Origin: Geosiphon pyriformis uo1
Taxonomy: Eukaryota > Fungi > Glomeromycota
Reading direction: 5' to 3'
Assembly (NCBI GenBank): GCA_016748015.1
Contig: JAAOMT010000129.1
Location: forward strand, 310,001-374,000
Length of the DNA stretch: 64,000 bases
The position numbers and the translations under genes are program-made. The notes under the pieces are model-generated. The model searched no databases, was not told the DNA's origin, and worked only from the letters and a program-made list of their open reading frames with translations. Below are positions 13,001 through 23,887 of this stretch, piece after piece (the stretch's first letter is position 1; each line of letters begins with the position of its first letter).

Positions 13001-13055
13001 TTTTTTTGATTGCTTTTGTCACATGTACTGTGTCTTTATATCTTCTTTTGGTTGT

Positions 13056-14438
13056 TCAATTCGATGTGTTTGGTTCAATAACTATAATTGGTTCCAGATC
13101 TCATGGAATTTCATCTGGTTGAACTAGTATTTTTTGTATTCCTAGTTGTGGAATATTATTGGTGGATGATGATACTATCTGGTAATATGATTTCAGTCGA
13201 TCACCATGTGCTGTTTTGGCTAAAATTTTGTTGTCCCATCTTAATTTATAAGCTCCATTTTCAAGAATTTCTTCTATGTGAAATTGTCTGTCTCATTTGG
13301 GGTCAAATTTTCTATTCCATTGTTTTTCCACTTTGGTATGATGTAGAAGTACTTTGTTTCCAATTTTGAATTCAACTGGTTTCTCTGGTAGTTGGTTATT
13401 GTGTCTTTTTTTTTGTTTTTCTTGTGACTTTTGGATGTTATTAGCTGCTTTTCGCCATTTATTTTCTAATGTTTCCATTAAGTCATATGTTTTTCTTAGC
13501 AACATTTCCTGAAAATTATCTTTGGCTATTGGTTCTGTTGGGTAAGTGTTGATTTCTACCTCAATTGATAATGTTGCTGTTCTATCATATACTAATTCAA
13601 ATGGTGTTGTTTATGTAGTGTCTTGTTTTATTGTCCAATAAGTAAATAATATTGATGGTATGAACAAATCTTATTTATCTTGGTTTTCTTGACTGATTTT
13701 GGCGATTGCTTCACACAATGTTCTGTTAAATCTTTTAACTAGTTCATTGGTTTGTGGATAATATGGTAATGATAATAGTCTTTTGATTCCAAATCTCTGA
13801 CTTAATTCTGCTAATGTTTTGTTCACAAAGTGAGTTCCTTGATCTGATAATAGTTCTTTTGGATATCTGTGTTGACAGATCAAATCTTAATGAATGAATT
13901 TGGCAATGAATTCTGCATCTGCTCTTTGAATGACTTTTGCTTCTGGCCATTTAATGAGATAATTCATAACTACTGCAATATATCTGTTGTCTTTGCTGGT
14001 GATTGTTAATGGTTCGACTAAGTCAATTCCAATGCGATCAAATGGTTATCTCACTTTGATTGGTCTTAATGGTTCACTGGGTCTTGTTCCTCTTCTTCTC
14101 TGACAAGCATCACAATTTTGAACATATTGAATGATGTCTGAATACATTGATGACCAATAGTATCTTTTTCTGGTTTTTTCTATGATTGCTTCTTTATAAA
14201 AATGTTCTGCTGTTGAGTCTGAGTGCATGTTGAATAATATTGTCTCTTTCTCTGGTTCTGTAATTATTCTGATTGGTTGATCTGGATTTCTTTTGTTTTT
14301 CTGGTAAAGTATATTTTGATGATTGATAAAATATTTTGATTGTTGTTTAATGTTCCTTTGTTTTTTTTGAGATAATTTCTTCTTGAACAGTTGAATATTT
14401 ATATAATATTGTAGTTGTTGGTATTTTTGTATATTCAT
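13056..14438 (-). pseudogene. Integrase ORF of A1 (HHCC-DDE-GPY/F; no chromodomain seen)
   Basis: ATG 14438; HSDSTAEHF..RYYW..CDACQ; LLSDQGTHF; YPQTNELVKRFNRTL. Confidence 0.9.
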
Positions 14439-14468
14439 GTTTTGTTATATTTTTGGTTTGAAATGTTT

Positions 14469-17400
14469 TTAGATTTGTCTTATTTGTGATAATCTGTCAG
14501 CATTTCTATTGTCTTTTCCTTTTTTATAATGTACTGTATAATTAAATAGTAAAAGTTCTATTTTCTATCTGATATGGCAATTGTCTGCAAATTCTTGTTT
14601 TTGGATTGAAGTCAATCTTTTGTAATTAGTGTATACTTTAAACTTTTGGCTCAAGTATTTCTTCTATTTGATAACAGCCCAATAGATAGTTAAGTGTTCT
14701 AGTGCTGGAGTTCCATAGTTCTTTTCAGCTGGACTTAAGCTTCTACTGGCATAAGCTACTGGATGTTCTCTTCCATCTGGTTTTTTCTGTGATAGTACTG
14801 TCCCCAATGCTTGGCCAGATGCATTGGTAGTAATAATGAATAGTTTGTTGTAATCTGGATACATCAATACTAGAGCTTGAATAAGCTTTCTTCTTAAGAT
14901 ATCAAAAGCTTCTTGTTGAGTTTCTGTTCATTTGTACTTTACATTTTTTGTTTAAAGTTGGTATAGTGGCTGGGCTATTTTGGAAAAATCCTTAATGAAG
15001 TGGTGATAATATTCAGCAAATCCCAAGAATGCTCTTAATTCTGTGAGATTATTTGGTATTGGAAAGTTCTTGACAGTCTTAATCTTATCTGGATCTGTTT
15101 TTATTCCATTTTTGCTCACCACATATCCCAAAAACTTGAGTTTAGTTTTCTCAAAGAAACATTTGGTTGCATTTAATTTCAGTCCGGCTCTTCTTAATCT
15201 TTCAAACACTTGTTGAAGATAATGCAAATAATCATCAAATGTTTTTGAGAACACATTGATATTATCCAAGTATATGACTACTGACTTCCATAGTAGTCTA
15301 GTGTATACAATTTCCATTAGTCATTAAAATGTGGCTGGTGCATTCATTAATCCAAATAACATGACTTCAAATTCAAAATTTCCTTCTCTTGTGATAAATG
15401 CTGTTTTCTTTTTGTTGGCTGGATCCATGACTACTTGCCAGTAACCACTATCCAAATCCAGTGTTGAGAATCATTTATTTCCTTCAAAAACATCGAACAG
15501 CTCTTGAATTTTGGATATTGGTTAACTATTTCTTTTGGTTACTCTATTCAGTTTCCGGTAATCCACACAAAAGCAGATTTTCCCATTTTTCTTCCAAACT
15601 AGTACCACTGGTAATGACCATGGGCTCATTAATAGCTGAATTAGCCCATTATCAAGCATTTAGTTAATTTCTTAATGAATGATCTCATGGCTAGCTGGTG
15701 GTACTCTGTATGCTTTTTGTTTAATTGGCATTGTATCTCTAGTTTTGATCTGATGCTGAATGATGTTGGTTCTGCCAAATTTGTTTTCACTGGCAAAAAT
15801 ATCATTGAAGTTACTGAGTAATATCTTTAGTTGCATCTGTTAGAGTGGGTCTAGATTCCCCATGTTTATTTGTTTCAATTGTTCTGGTTGGAGCAGATAA
15901 CATTCGCTTCATTTATAGATGGTTTGTGATATAATGTTCACATATCCACAAAGCTGTGGAAAATCTGGAATATAGTTTGGTGGTTGGTCCTCAACTTCAG
16001 TGGTTAAATATCCAATGATGGTTCCTTTTGGTATTTCAATAACACATTCTGTTGTGTTGTAGATAAAAATTTTGATATTTTTGGGGCTATTGGCTAATAT
16101 GTAGAGATTGGTGAGTTCAATTTCTCTTGATTCATAAATGGTAGCTTCTGCTTCAAACAACTGAGCTTGATTCTTTACTTCTCTTTTTATAGTTAACATA
16201 TACTGGTTATATGATGGAATGAAAATTGTGTGACGGGTTGAGATAATTTCTCTTTTGTTAACAATTTTTTTCTCTGCCATATTAACTGGTATATCTATTC
16301 TACCTGTTGATCCGAATCCTTGTATCCCTTTAGCAGTAATCTCCAATTCTTCTTTGTTTCCCACTGACACTAGCTGAGCTACTTTTACCAGAGATAAGAA
16401 TATTGTTTGTGCTATCTTTTCATTTAGATCTATGATATATGTTTTTTCTGAATCATTTTGTAGCATAGCAATGATATTTTCTATGTATCTTGTGTCAATT
16501 ATTTCTCCTCTGATGTTGATTCCCTTTTTTGCTAAGCTACTCCTGAATGCTAATTGAACCATTGTTGTTGCTGGAATTTCCAGCACTATTTTCAAATTGA
16601 TGCAAGTACATAAGTGAGGTTCCAATTTGATGGAATTTTTTTCTGGATATCTCAAATCAAATTCTGCATCAATATCATGTGTGTGTTCAGACATAATACC
16701 TTCATTATTATCACTGAACCATTTCAGTTCTTGCTCCTTAGTAAGGTCAGGAAGGGTGATATATGTTTCGGAGTTTGAATCAGGGTTCAAATTATTGTTA
16801 TTTTTGTTGCTGTTTTGAGTGGAGCTAGAACCAGTGTTTTCATCATTATTGTTGTCAGAATTTGAATCGGGATTGAAAATTGATTCCAATTCTGATGCAC
16901 AGTTGCTCATTGGTTTGTCTTCTTCTGGGATTGTGTAGATCATGTATGGTGGTGGATTGTAAATAAAATCACACTCATTACAATACTTGAAGTCACATAG
17001 GATCAAACAGTGGTCACATAATCAGGTGTTTATTTCTTCCAAGCATTGTTCCTGTTCCTCTCTGATGGGTGCTAATTGTTGGTAATGTTCATGGAATTCT
17101 TTTGAATTGTCCTCAATGTTGCCAAAGATGTCAAAAGTTTGAACGTATTCAGGTTTAGGAAGCAATAGAGGATTGTTCTTGATTTTCAGTAGTTCATTGG
17201 TTGTTATGCCTTCTGCTTTTGCATATGCTATTCTCCAGAGTTCGTGTTCATCATGAGGATATTCTTTTAATCATCGCAATGCTTTTTTCCAGGCATTGTT
17301 GATTGGTGTGCCTTTGTGTACCCAGTCATTGATTAGGATTGTATATTGGCATATTTTATTGCATGTTCTTCTTTGTCCAGGAATGTTATTTCACATTCCT

Positions 17401-20400
17401 TTGTCTGGGAGAGTTTTTCCACAAGTTAAACATGGTGTATTATCTCATTTTTTCACTTATTTTGGCCTTCCAAAACGTTCAATGAGACATGTGTGGCAAT
17501 AAAACTTAGTTGCTGTCTGGTATTTTTCGTCATTACCACAGCATGCACCCATTGAAAACAATTTCTTGCCATAATTGGCACATATAAGCTTTGATTAACA
17601 ATAATTGGTTGTGATAGTGCATAAGTATATACATGGTAAATAGTGGTTGGTGTTGAAATTTCTTCGTTCTTTTTCCCTTTTCCTTTGTGGTTATTTTCTT
17701 CCTATTCCCAAGTTGTTGGTAGTTCATTTTGATTATTGTCAGTTCCCCAGGCTTGATTCAGATTCCAGATAAGTTCTTCTGTTTGTTTTTTTTCTCTTAT
17801 CATCTTAGGATAATATTGATGGTAATTTGTTGTGATTGTTTTTATTGGTCCAGAAAACTTAATAGGCTTCCCAAGTAGGTTTCTCCTTTTCTTCTTCCAA
17901 TTTAATAAGTAGAGCTGATAGCATGGTGATGGGTTTAAAATGACCACATGTGGCTGGTACACATGTGTGTCATCCATTCTGGCTAAGCTGGAGCTCTTGG
18001 GTGTTCCAGTCAAGTGTTGCATTGATTTTGGACAGCCAGTCATTACCTACCAGTGCTTGGTATTAAGTGGCTTCCATGACTAATACCTTAATTGGTACAG
18101 TGATGTCATTGATTTCTATAAGCAAGTTATCTATTTCACCAATTGGAGTCTTGGTGGCTCCATCAGCTGTAATTATTCTTGCACTGGCAGCTTAATTAAC
18201 TCGGTGACCTAATTGGTCTATAAGCTGTCTTGTGATGATGCTGCCAGTTGATCCACTATCTAGAATCAGTTTGATAGATTAACCATTAATTTTAGCATCT
18301 GTGTACATTGCCATAATAGGTTTTTCCTTGAGTGTGGCTCCACTAAACAAAGAGGTTTCTGTTAGTTCCTCGATTTCAAAAGGAAATATTGCTGCTAGAG
18401 ACTCGTCTTCTATAACAGTGGCTGGTGGAATATTGGTAAGTGGTTGCTTCTGGTTGGGTTCTCAGGTGTTGAGTGAAGCATCTTCTGAAGTAACCAAAAG
18501 GCTTAAATAGTTCTGAGAACTTGGGTTTTGAGTATACCCAGTTCCTAAACTCTGCTGTTGTAATCTTGACGGCTAGTTGGATGAACTAAAAATCAGTTAG
18601 TAAACAACCATTACCAATTTCCAGTTTTGGGTGACTCTTGATCTAGGGTTTTCTGATGTCATTTGAATGGGATTGGGTGATGATGTTTGAACTGCAGATG
18701 TCTGATAGATTATTTGTGGCTGTGGCTAATATATAGGTTGAGACTGCAGTTGATAAATGATGAGTGCTGTTGGCTGATAAATTGGCAGTTGATAAATTTG
18801 TAGTTGCATCATAAATATGTAATTTGGTTGATATATTGCTGAGGTTGATTGATAATTCAGAGCTGAAAACCTGTGATCAGGGTTTCAATATTGATTTTCC
18901 GATCATTGGTTTTCTATTTTTAACCAACAATCAATTCTCAAATGTCTTTGTTTACCACAGTAGTGGCAGATATGTGTCTTTTGCTGCCATGGCTAATTGA
19001 ATGATGATGAAAAACACGATTGATTTTGTGGGTGATTTGTGATTCCTAAATTATTGTGTCATTGGAATGGCTGATAAATTGCGCGATTATCAGCTAAGTA
19101 CTCTTCCAGCTTCTGATTAATGGAATCACTAAATTGTTTCAATTTGGAATCCAATTCAGATGATTTATTCATCACTAGATTTACAGCTTGGGCATGGTTG
19201 ACTTTGAGTTCAGCTGCTTCAAAATCTTTGGCATTGTTAACTGTAGCTTGAAGGTCTATTAAATGCATTGAGCATACATGTTGGAGGATGCTACTGCACA
19301 GGCCTCTAATAAATTGGTTTAGGATTTGTGGCACTGTAAAGTAATCAGTCTGAATTGCTTGAATTTGGCACAGATTCCTATGGAAGTGTCCTAGGTAAGT
19401 AGTAACTGCTTCATTTTCCCCTTGTTTGATAGTGGTGAAAGTGTTTACTAGCCGATTAATACTATTGTTGTTGCTGAAGTATTGTAGAAATGCAAGCTTG
19501 AATGTAACAAAATCTTGAGGTTTGTTAGCCAAGCTTTAATATCATGAATTGGCAGTATTTTAAAGAAAGTAAGAAATGGCCTGCATGGCTCTGGCATCAT
19601 TTCAGCCATTGACTGTGATGGCTTTCTCCACATCATTTAGCCACACTTGGGCATTATTTTCTTTGCCAGTGAATTTCTCAAGTTTTGCTATTAGAGCATA
19701 GGCCATTGGATTGACATTTGGTTGTTGTAGTTGTTGTTGTAGCTGTTGAAGCAGCTGCTGTGGTTGTTGAGGTGGTTGGAGTAGCTATTGTTGTTATTCA
19801 TCGATTGGTAGAGCTGGATTAATCCTGATTATTGGAGGTAAGTGTTGTTGATTATTGATGTCAGAGTTTTGATTATTCTGATTGTGCTGCATTTGGAAAT
19901 TTGGAGTTCCGATTTCTGGATTTTCCAAATTTGGATTTTGCTGAGTCTGAAAATTTGGGGTTTTAATGTTCAAGTTTTCTGGAATTGGGTTCTGGTAAGT
20001 AAATTCTTGATCTTTAGATTCTTCTTCCTCTTCTTCTTGTTTTTTCTCCAATTTCATTACTTCCCAGGGACTCGCAGTTCCGAAATCTGGTTGGAGTGAC
20101 AGAGATCAAAGTCCTGATGGCATTGGCAATTGGGACTTAAATCTTTCAAAATATGTGCCATATAGTCTTAGAAGATCTTTTTTCTTTTGTTTACTCTGAA
20201 ATGGGAATTGTCCAAAGATTAATGTAGATGCGCCTGTTGATGTGATGTTGATGGCGCTTCCAGGTGTATAGTGATATAATGGGTTTGTTGGTGATTTAAC
20301 TCTGGTTTTCTTTCAAGTGGGTGGTTGTATTTGTTTTGGTGTTACTGCTGGTGTTTGTAATTTTTCTTTGTCTTTATTGGCATAAGTAATTGGGTATCTT

Positions 20401-20690
20401 TGTTGTGTGTAATGTTTAATTTCTTTATTAATCTCAGTAATGATGAATGTAAAATTATAATTTGTTGGTAAGCTGGTGTTTTGGATTAATTTGTGGTAAA
20501 AAGTTTCTTTTGCTGATTCAGTATTTACTAATGTTTCTAACAAATAGACAATTTTTTCATTGACGTAGAAATTGAAGGCTGATTGTACTAATATCTGATT
20601 GTGGTTCAATCTCAAGTGTTGACAGTAGTGTTAAAATAAGAATTTTGTGAATTCTAAATGGTTTGCTCCTATACTTTCTAATTCTGTCAC
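14469..20690 (-). pseudogene. A1 polyprotein: N-terminal extension, Gag (capsid, CCHC), aspartic protease, Cys-rich domain, dUTPase, RT, RNase H; single frame
   Basis: CHYCGKQRHLRIDC knuckle ~18930-18968; LDSG 18252-18263; dUTPase motifs in 15909..17006; YLDN and LDLDSGYWQ (RT); TNASG..HPVAYAS (RH). The domain-bearing ORF pieces share one frame. Confidence 0.9.
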
Positions 20691-20730
20691 TGTTGATTTA
20701 TTTGTTGGTGTTGGTTCTCTGTAAGATTAT

Positions 20731-20748
20731 ACCTCACAAGGAGCACCA
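20731..20748 (-). promoter_or_regulatory. Primer binding site TGGTGCTCCTTGTGAGGT (elongator tRNA-Met-like)
   Basis: 18 nt starting TGG, 2 nt from the 5' LTR; complement resembles eukaryotic elongator tRNA-Met 3' ends. Confidence 0.75.
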
Positions 20749-20750
20749 AA

Positions 20751-21585
20751 TATTACAGATAATTATTTGGAATCTCAAGTCAAATAACAAATCCATAACT
20801 TGGTGCTTAGTTGGTACTTGGGTGTTGATATCTAAAGGTTTTGGTTGTGGAGTCTTTTGTATAATGGACAGAAATTTAATAATTGTTTTAGTAGCCTCCT
20901 GGAATTGCAATTCCGTCGAATTTTTTTCTCAGCATGGTGGTTGGTAATCTTCCTGATAAGCTATCCTTAAATTTATAAGTGTTCTACTCTTGTTTTACAG
21001 GTCTTTTACCAGTTCTTATGATGTCTGTATCTTAGCACTTAATCTTTAATCAATTTAGTAAAACCAAAGAAATAACAAAAAGAAATAAAAAAAAATAAAA
21101 AAAAATAAAAAAAAATAAAGAAATAAACAAAAGCAATTGCAAGTTAGTATCCCGTTAATAGCTGTGATCAAGAGCTATTGTTCCAGTATAGTTAAGTATT
21201 AATTATTATCAACATAAAGTGTTGATAGTGGAAAGTAGATTTGGATGGTAAATAGTTATTTATTTGATATTTGTGAATGGAAGGTTGCTTAGATCAAATC
21301 TAAACTAAGAGGTCTGTCTTTTTTACTTCTAATGCTACTATTATATATACATAATTGATGTTCTATGAGATTGCTCACATTTCTGAGTGATGTGCTATGA
21401 TTTCTTGAGCAATGCTCATATTGTTGAGTGATGTGCTCTAATTTCTAATATCACTCCACATTGCTGAGCAATGTGTCATGTTTTCTGATATTGCTCCACA
21501 TTGCTAAGCAATGTGTTTACATGCTAAATACTATTCTCTCATTGGTCTGCTATTTTCTATATCTGTTTTCTTTTTATGAGTAATA
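20751..21585 (-). repeat. A1 5' LTR
   Basis: Direct repeat of 11516-12350, abuts the PBS. Confidence 0.95.
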
Positions 21586-21787
21586 TTATTTTCTAACATC
21601 GCTTCACATTGCTGAACAATATGCTGTGTTTTCTGACATTGCTCCACATTGCTAAGCAATGTGCCATGATTTCTATCATTGTTCTACATTGCTGAGCAAT
21701 ATGTTCATGTGTTACATACTATTCTCCTATTAGTCTACTATTTTCTTATATCTGTTTTTTTCTATGAGTAACATTTTTTTCTTCTTT

Positions 21788-22420
21788 TTAATATTGAACT
21801 CCATCGAAATCTTTGTTTTGAATTAATTCTAATACTTTTTTTTCAAGTATTGTTTGTTCGACTCTGTTTCTTATGTTTTCTACTTGTGTATTATTCATTC
21901 TTCCTTATTGGTTGATGGTTATAGTTTCTATGTCAGAGTGTAACAGTACTTCTGGATAGTTCCGAAATATGTTGTATAATCAGTATATTGTTCTAACATA
22001 TAGTGTTGAATTTGTTTTCTTTCCGATAAATTCTTTAATTTGTTGTATTATGTTTTGGTTAAATATTTTCTTGGATTTGTTGATATACAATTCCTGAATG
22101 TTCAACTTTCGACCTAACTGGTAGTAGTAGTATAAAATTGGAAGTTGTTCTGTCTATTGCTTTTAATTCTCTTTTGTAAGTTTTTCTGTTGGTGCCATGA
22201 CAGATATTTTCCCAAAAGTGTTCTTCACTTTTTCTATTGAGTTATTTGTCCAGTTTTTGTTATTCTTTGGTAGTCACTGGTATAGTGTATTCTTTTTTCT
22301 TTGAGTGTTTTGATAGCAAATTATTTGGTTGTTAATAACAATTTCCATGTCTAACTGTTGTTTACTTAAGGCCTGGAACAATTGTTGAGCTATAGTGTGA
22401 ATATGATCTGGGATTTTCAT
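21788..22420 (-). pseudogene. ORF3 of A2
   Basis: MKIPDHIHTIAQQL...DFDGVQY*; collinear with A1 ORF3. Confidence 0.78.
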
Positions 22421-22476
22421 TTTTTCTTGGTTGCTTTTGTCGTGTGTATTGTGTCTTTATATACTCTTTTGGTTGT

Positions 22477-23857
22477 TCAATTTGACATGTTTGGTTCAAT
22501 AATTATGATTGGTTCCAGATCTCATGAAATCTCCTCTGGTTGAACTAGTATTCTTTGTACTCCTAGTTGTAGAATATTATTGGTAGATGATGATGCTATT
22601 TGGTGATATGGTTTCAGTCAATCACCATGTGCTGCTTTGGCTAAGATTTTGTTGTCTCATCTTAATTTATAAGCTCCATTTCCAAGAATTTCTTCTATGT
22701 GAAATGGTCTATTCTATTTGGTGTCAAATTTTCCACTCCATTGTTTTTTCACTTTAGTATGATGTAGAAGTACTTTGTCTCCAATCTTGAATTCAGCTGG
22801 TTTGTCTGGTAGTTGGTTATCGTGTCTCTTTTTTTGTTTCTCTTATGACTTTTGAATGTTATTAGTTACTTTTCGTCACTTGTTTTTTAGAGTTTCTATC
22901 AAGTCATATGTTCTTCTTAGCAACGTTTTCTGAAAATTGTCTTTAGTTATTGGTTCTGTTGGATAAGTGTTGACTTTTATTTTGACTGGTAATGTTGCTG
23001 TTTTACTGTATATTAATTCAAATGGTGTTGCTTGTGTAGTGTCTTGCTTCATTGTCCGATAAGCAAATAGTACTGATGGTATAAACAAATTCCATTCATC
23101 CTGGTTTTTTTAACTGATCTTGACAACTGCTTTACAGTGTTTTATTGAATCTTTTAACTAATCCATTGGTTTGTGGATGGTATGGTAATAACAATGGTCT
23201 TTTAACTCCAAATCTTTGACTTAATTCTGTCAGTGTTTCATTCACAAAGTGAGTTTCTTGATCTGATAGTAGTTCTTTTAGACATCTATGTTGACAGATC
23301 AAATCTTGATAAACAAATTTGGCAATGGATTCTGCATCTGCTCTTTGAATGGCTTTTGCTTCTGGCTATTTAGTGAGATAATTCATAGCTATTGCAATAT
23401 ATCTGTTGCCTCTGCTGGTGATTGTTAATGGTCTGACTAAGTCAATTCCAATGTGATCGAATAGTTGTCCCACTTTGATTGGTCTTAATGGTTTACTGGG
23501 TCTTGTTCCTCCTTTTCTCTGACAAGTATTACAATTTTGAACATATTAAATGATGTCTGGATACATTAATGACCAATAGTATCTTTTTCTGGTTCTTTCC
23601 ATGGTTGCTTTTTTATGAAAATGTCCTGCTCTTGGGTCTAAGTGCATGTTAAATAATATTGTTTCTTTCTCTGGTTCTGTAATTACTCTGATTGGTTGAT
23701 CTGAATTTTTTCTGTTTTTTTGGTAAATTATATTTTGATGATTGATAAAATATTTTGATTGTTGTTTTATGTTGTTTTGTTTTTTTTGAGATAATTTCTT
23801 CTTGAACGATTGGGTATTTATATAATGTTAAAGTTGTTGGTATTTTTGTGTATTTAT
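22477..23857 (-). pseudogene. Integrase ORF of A2 (start codon eroded to ATA)
   Basis: Collinear with A1 integrase; includes ORF piece 22876..23088. Confidence 0.85.
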
Positions 23858-23887
23858 GTTTTGTTATATTTTTGGGTTGAAATGTTT

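Larger units (their letters stand above)
11516..21585 (-). mobile_element. Gypsy A1, structurally complete 10.07-kb element
   Basis: Two 835-bp LTRs (11516-12350, 20751-21585), TSD TTAT at 11512-11515 and 21586-21589, PBS, PPT, complete domain set. Confidence 0.95.

Noticed and set aside
13056-13300. Chromodomain at the integrase C-terminus
   Set aside because: No aromatic-cage pattern; the tail is short and ends LEPIIVIEPNT
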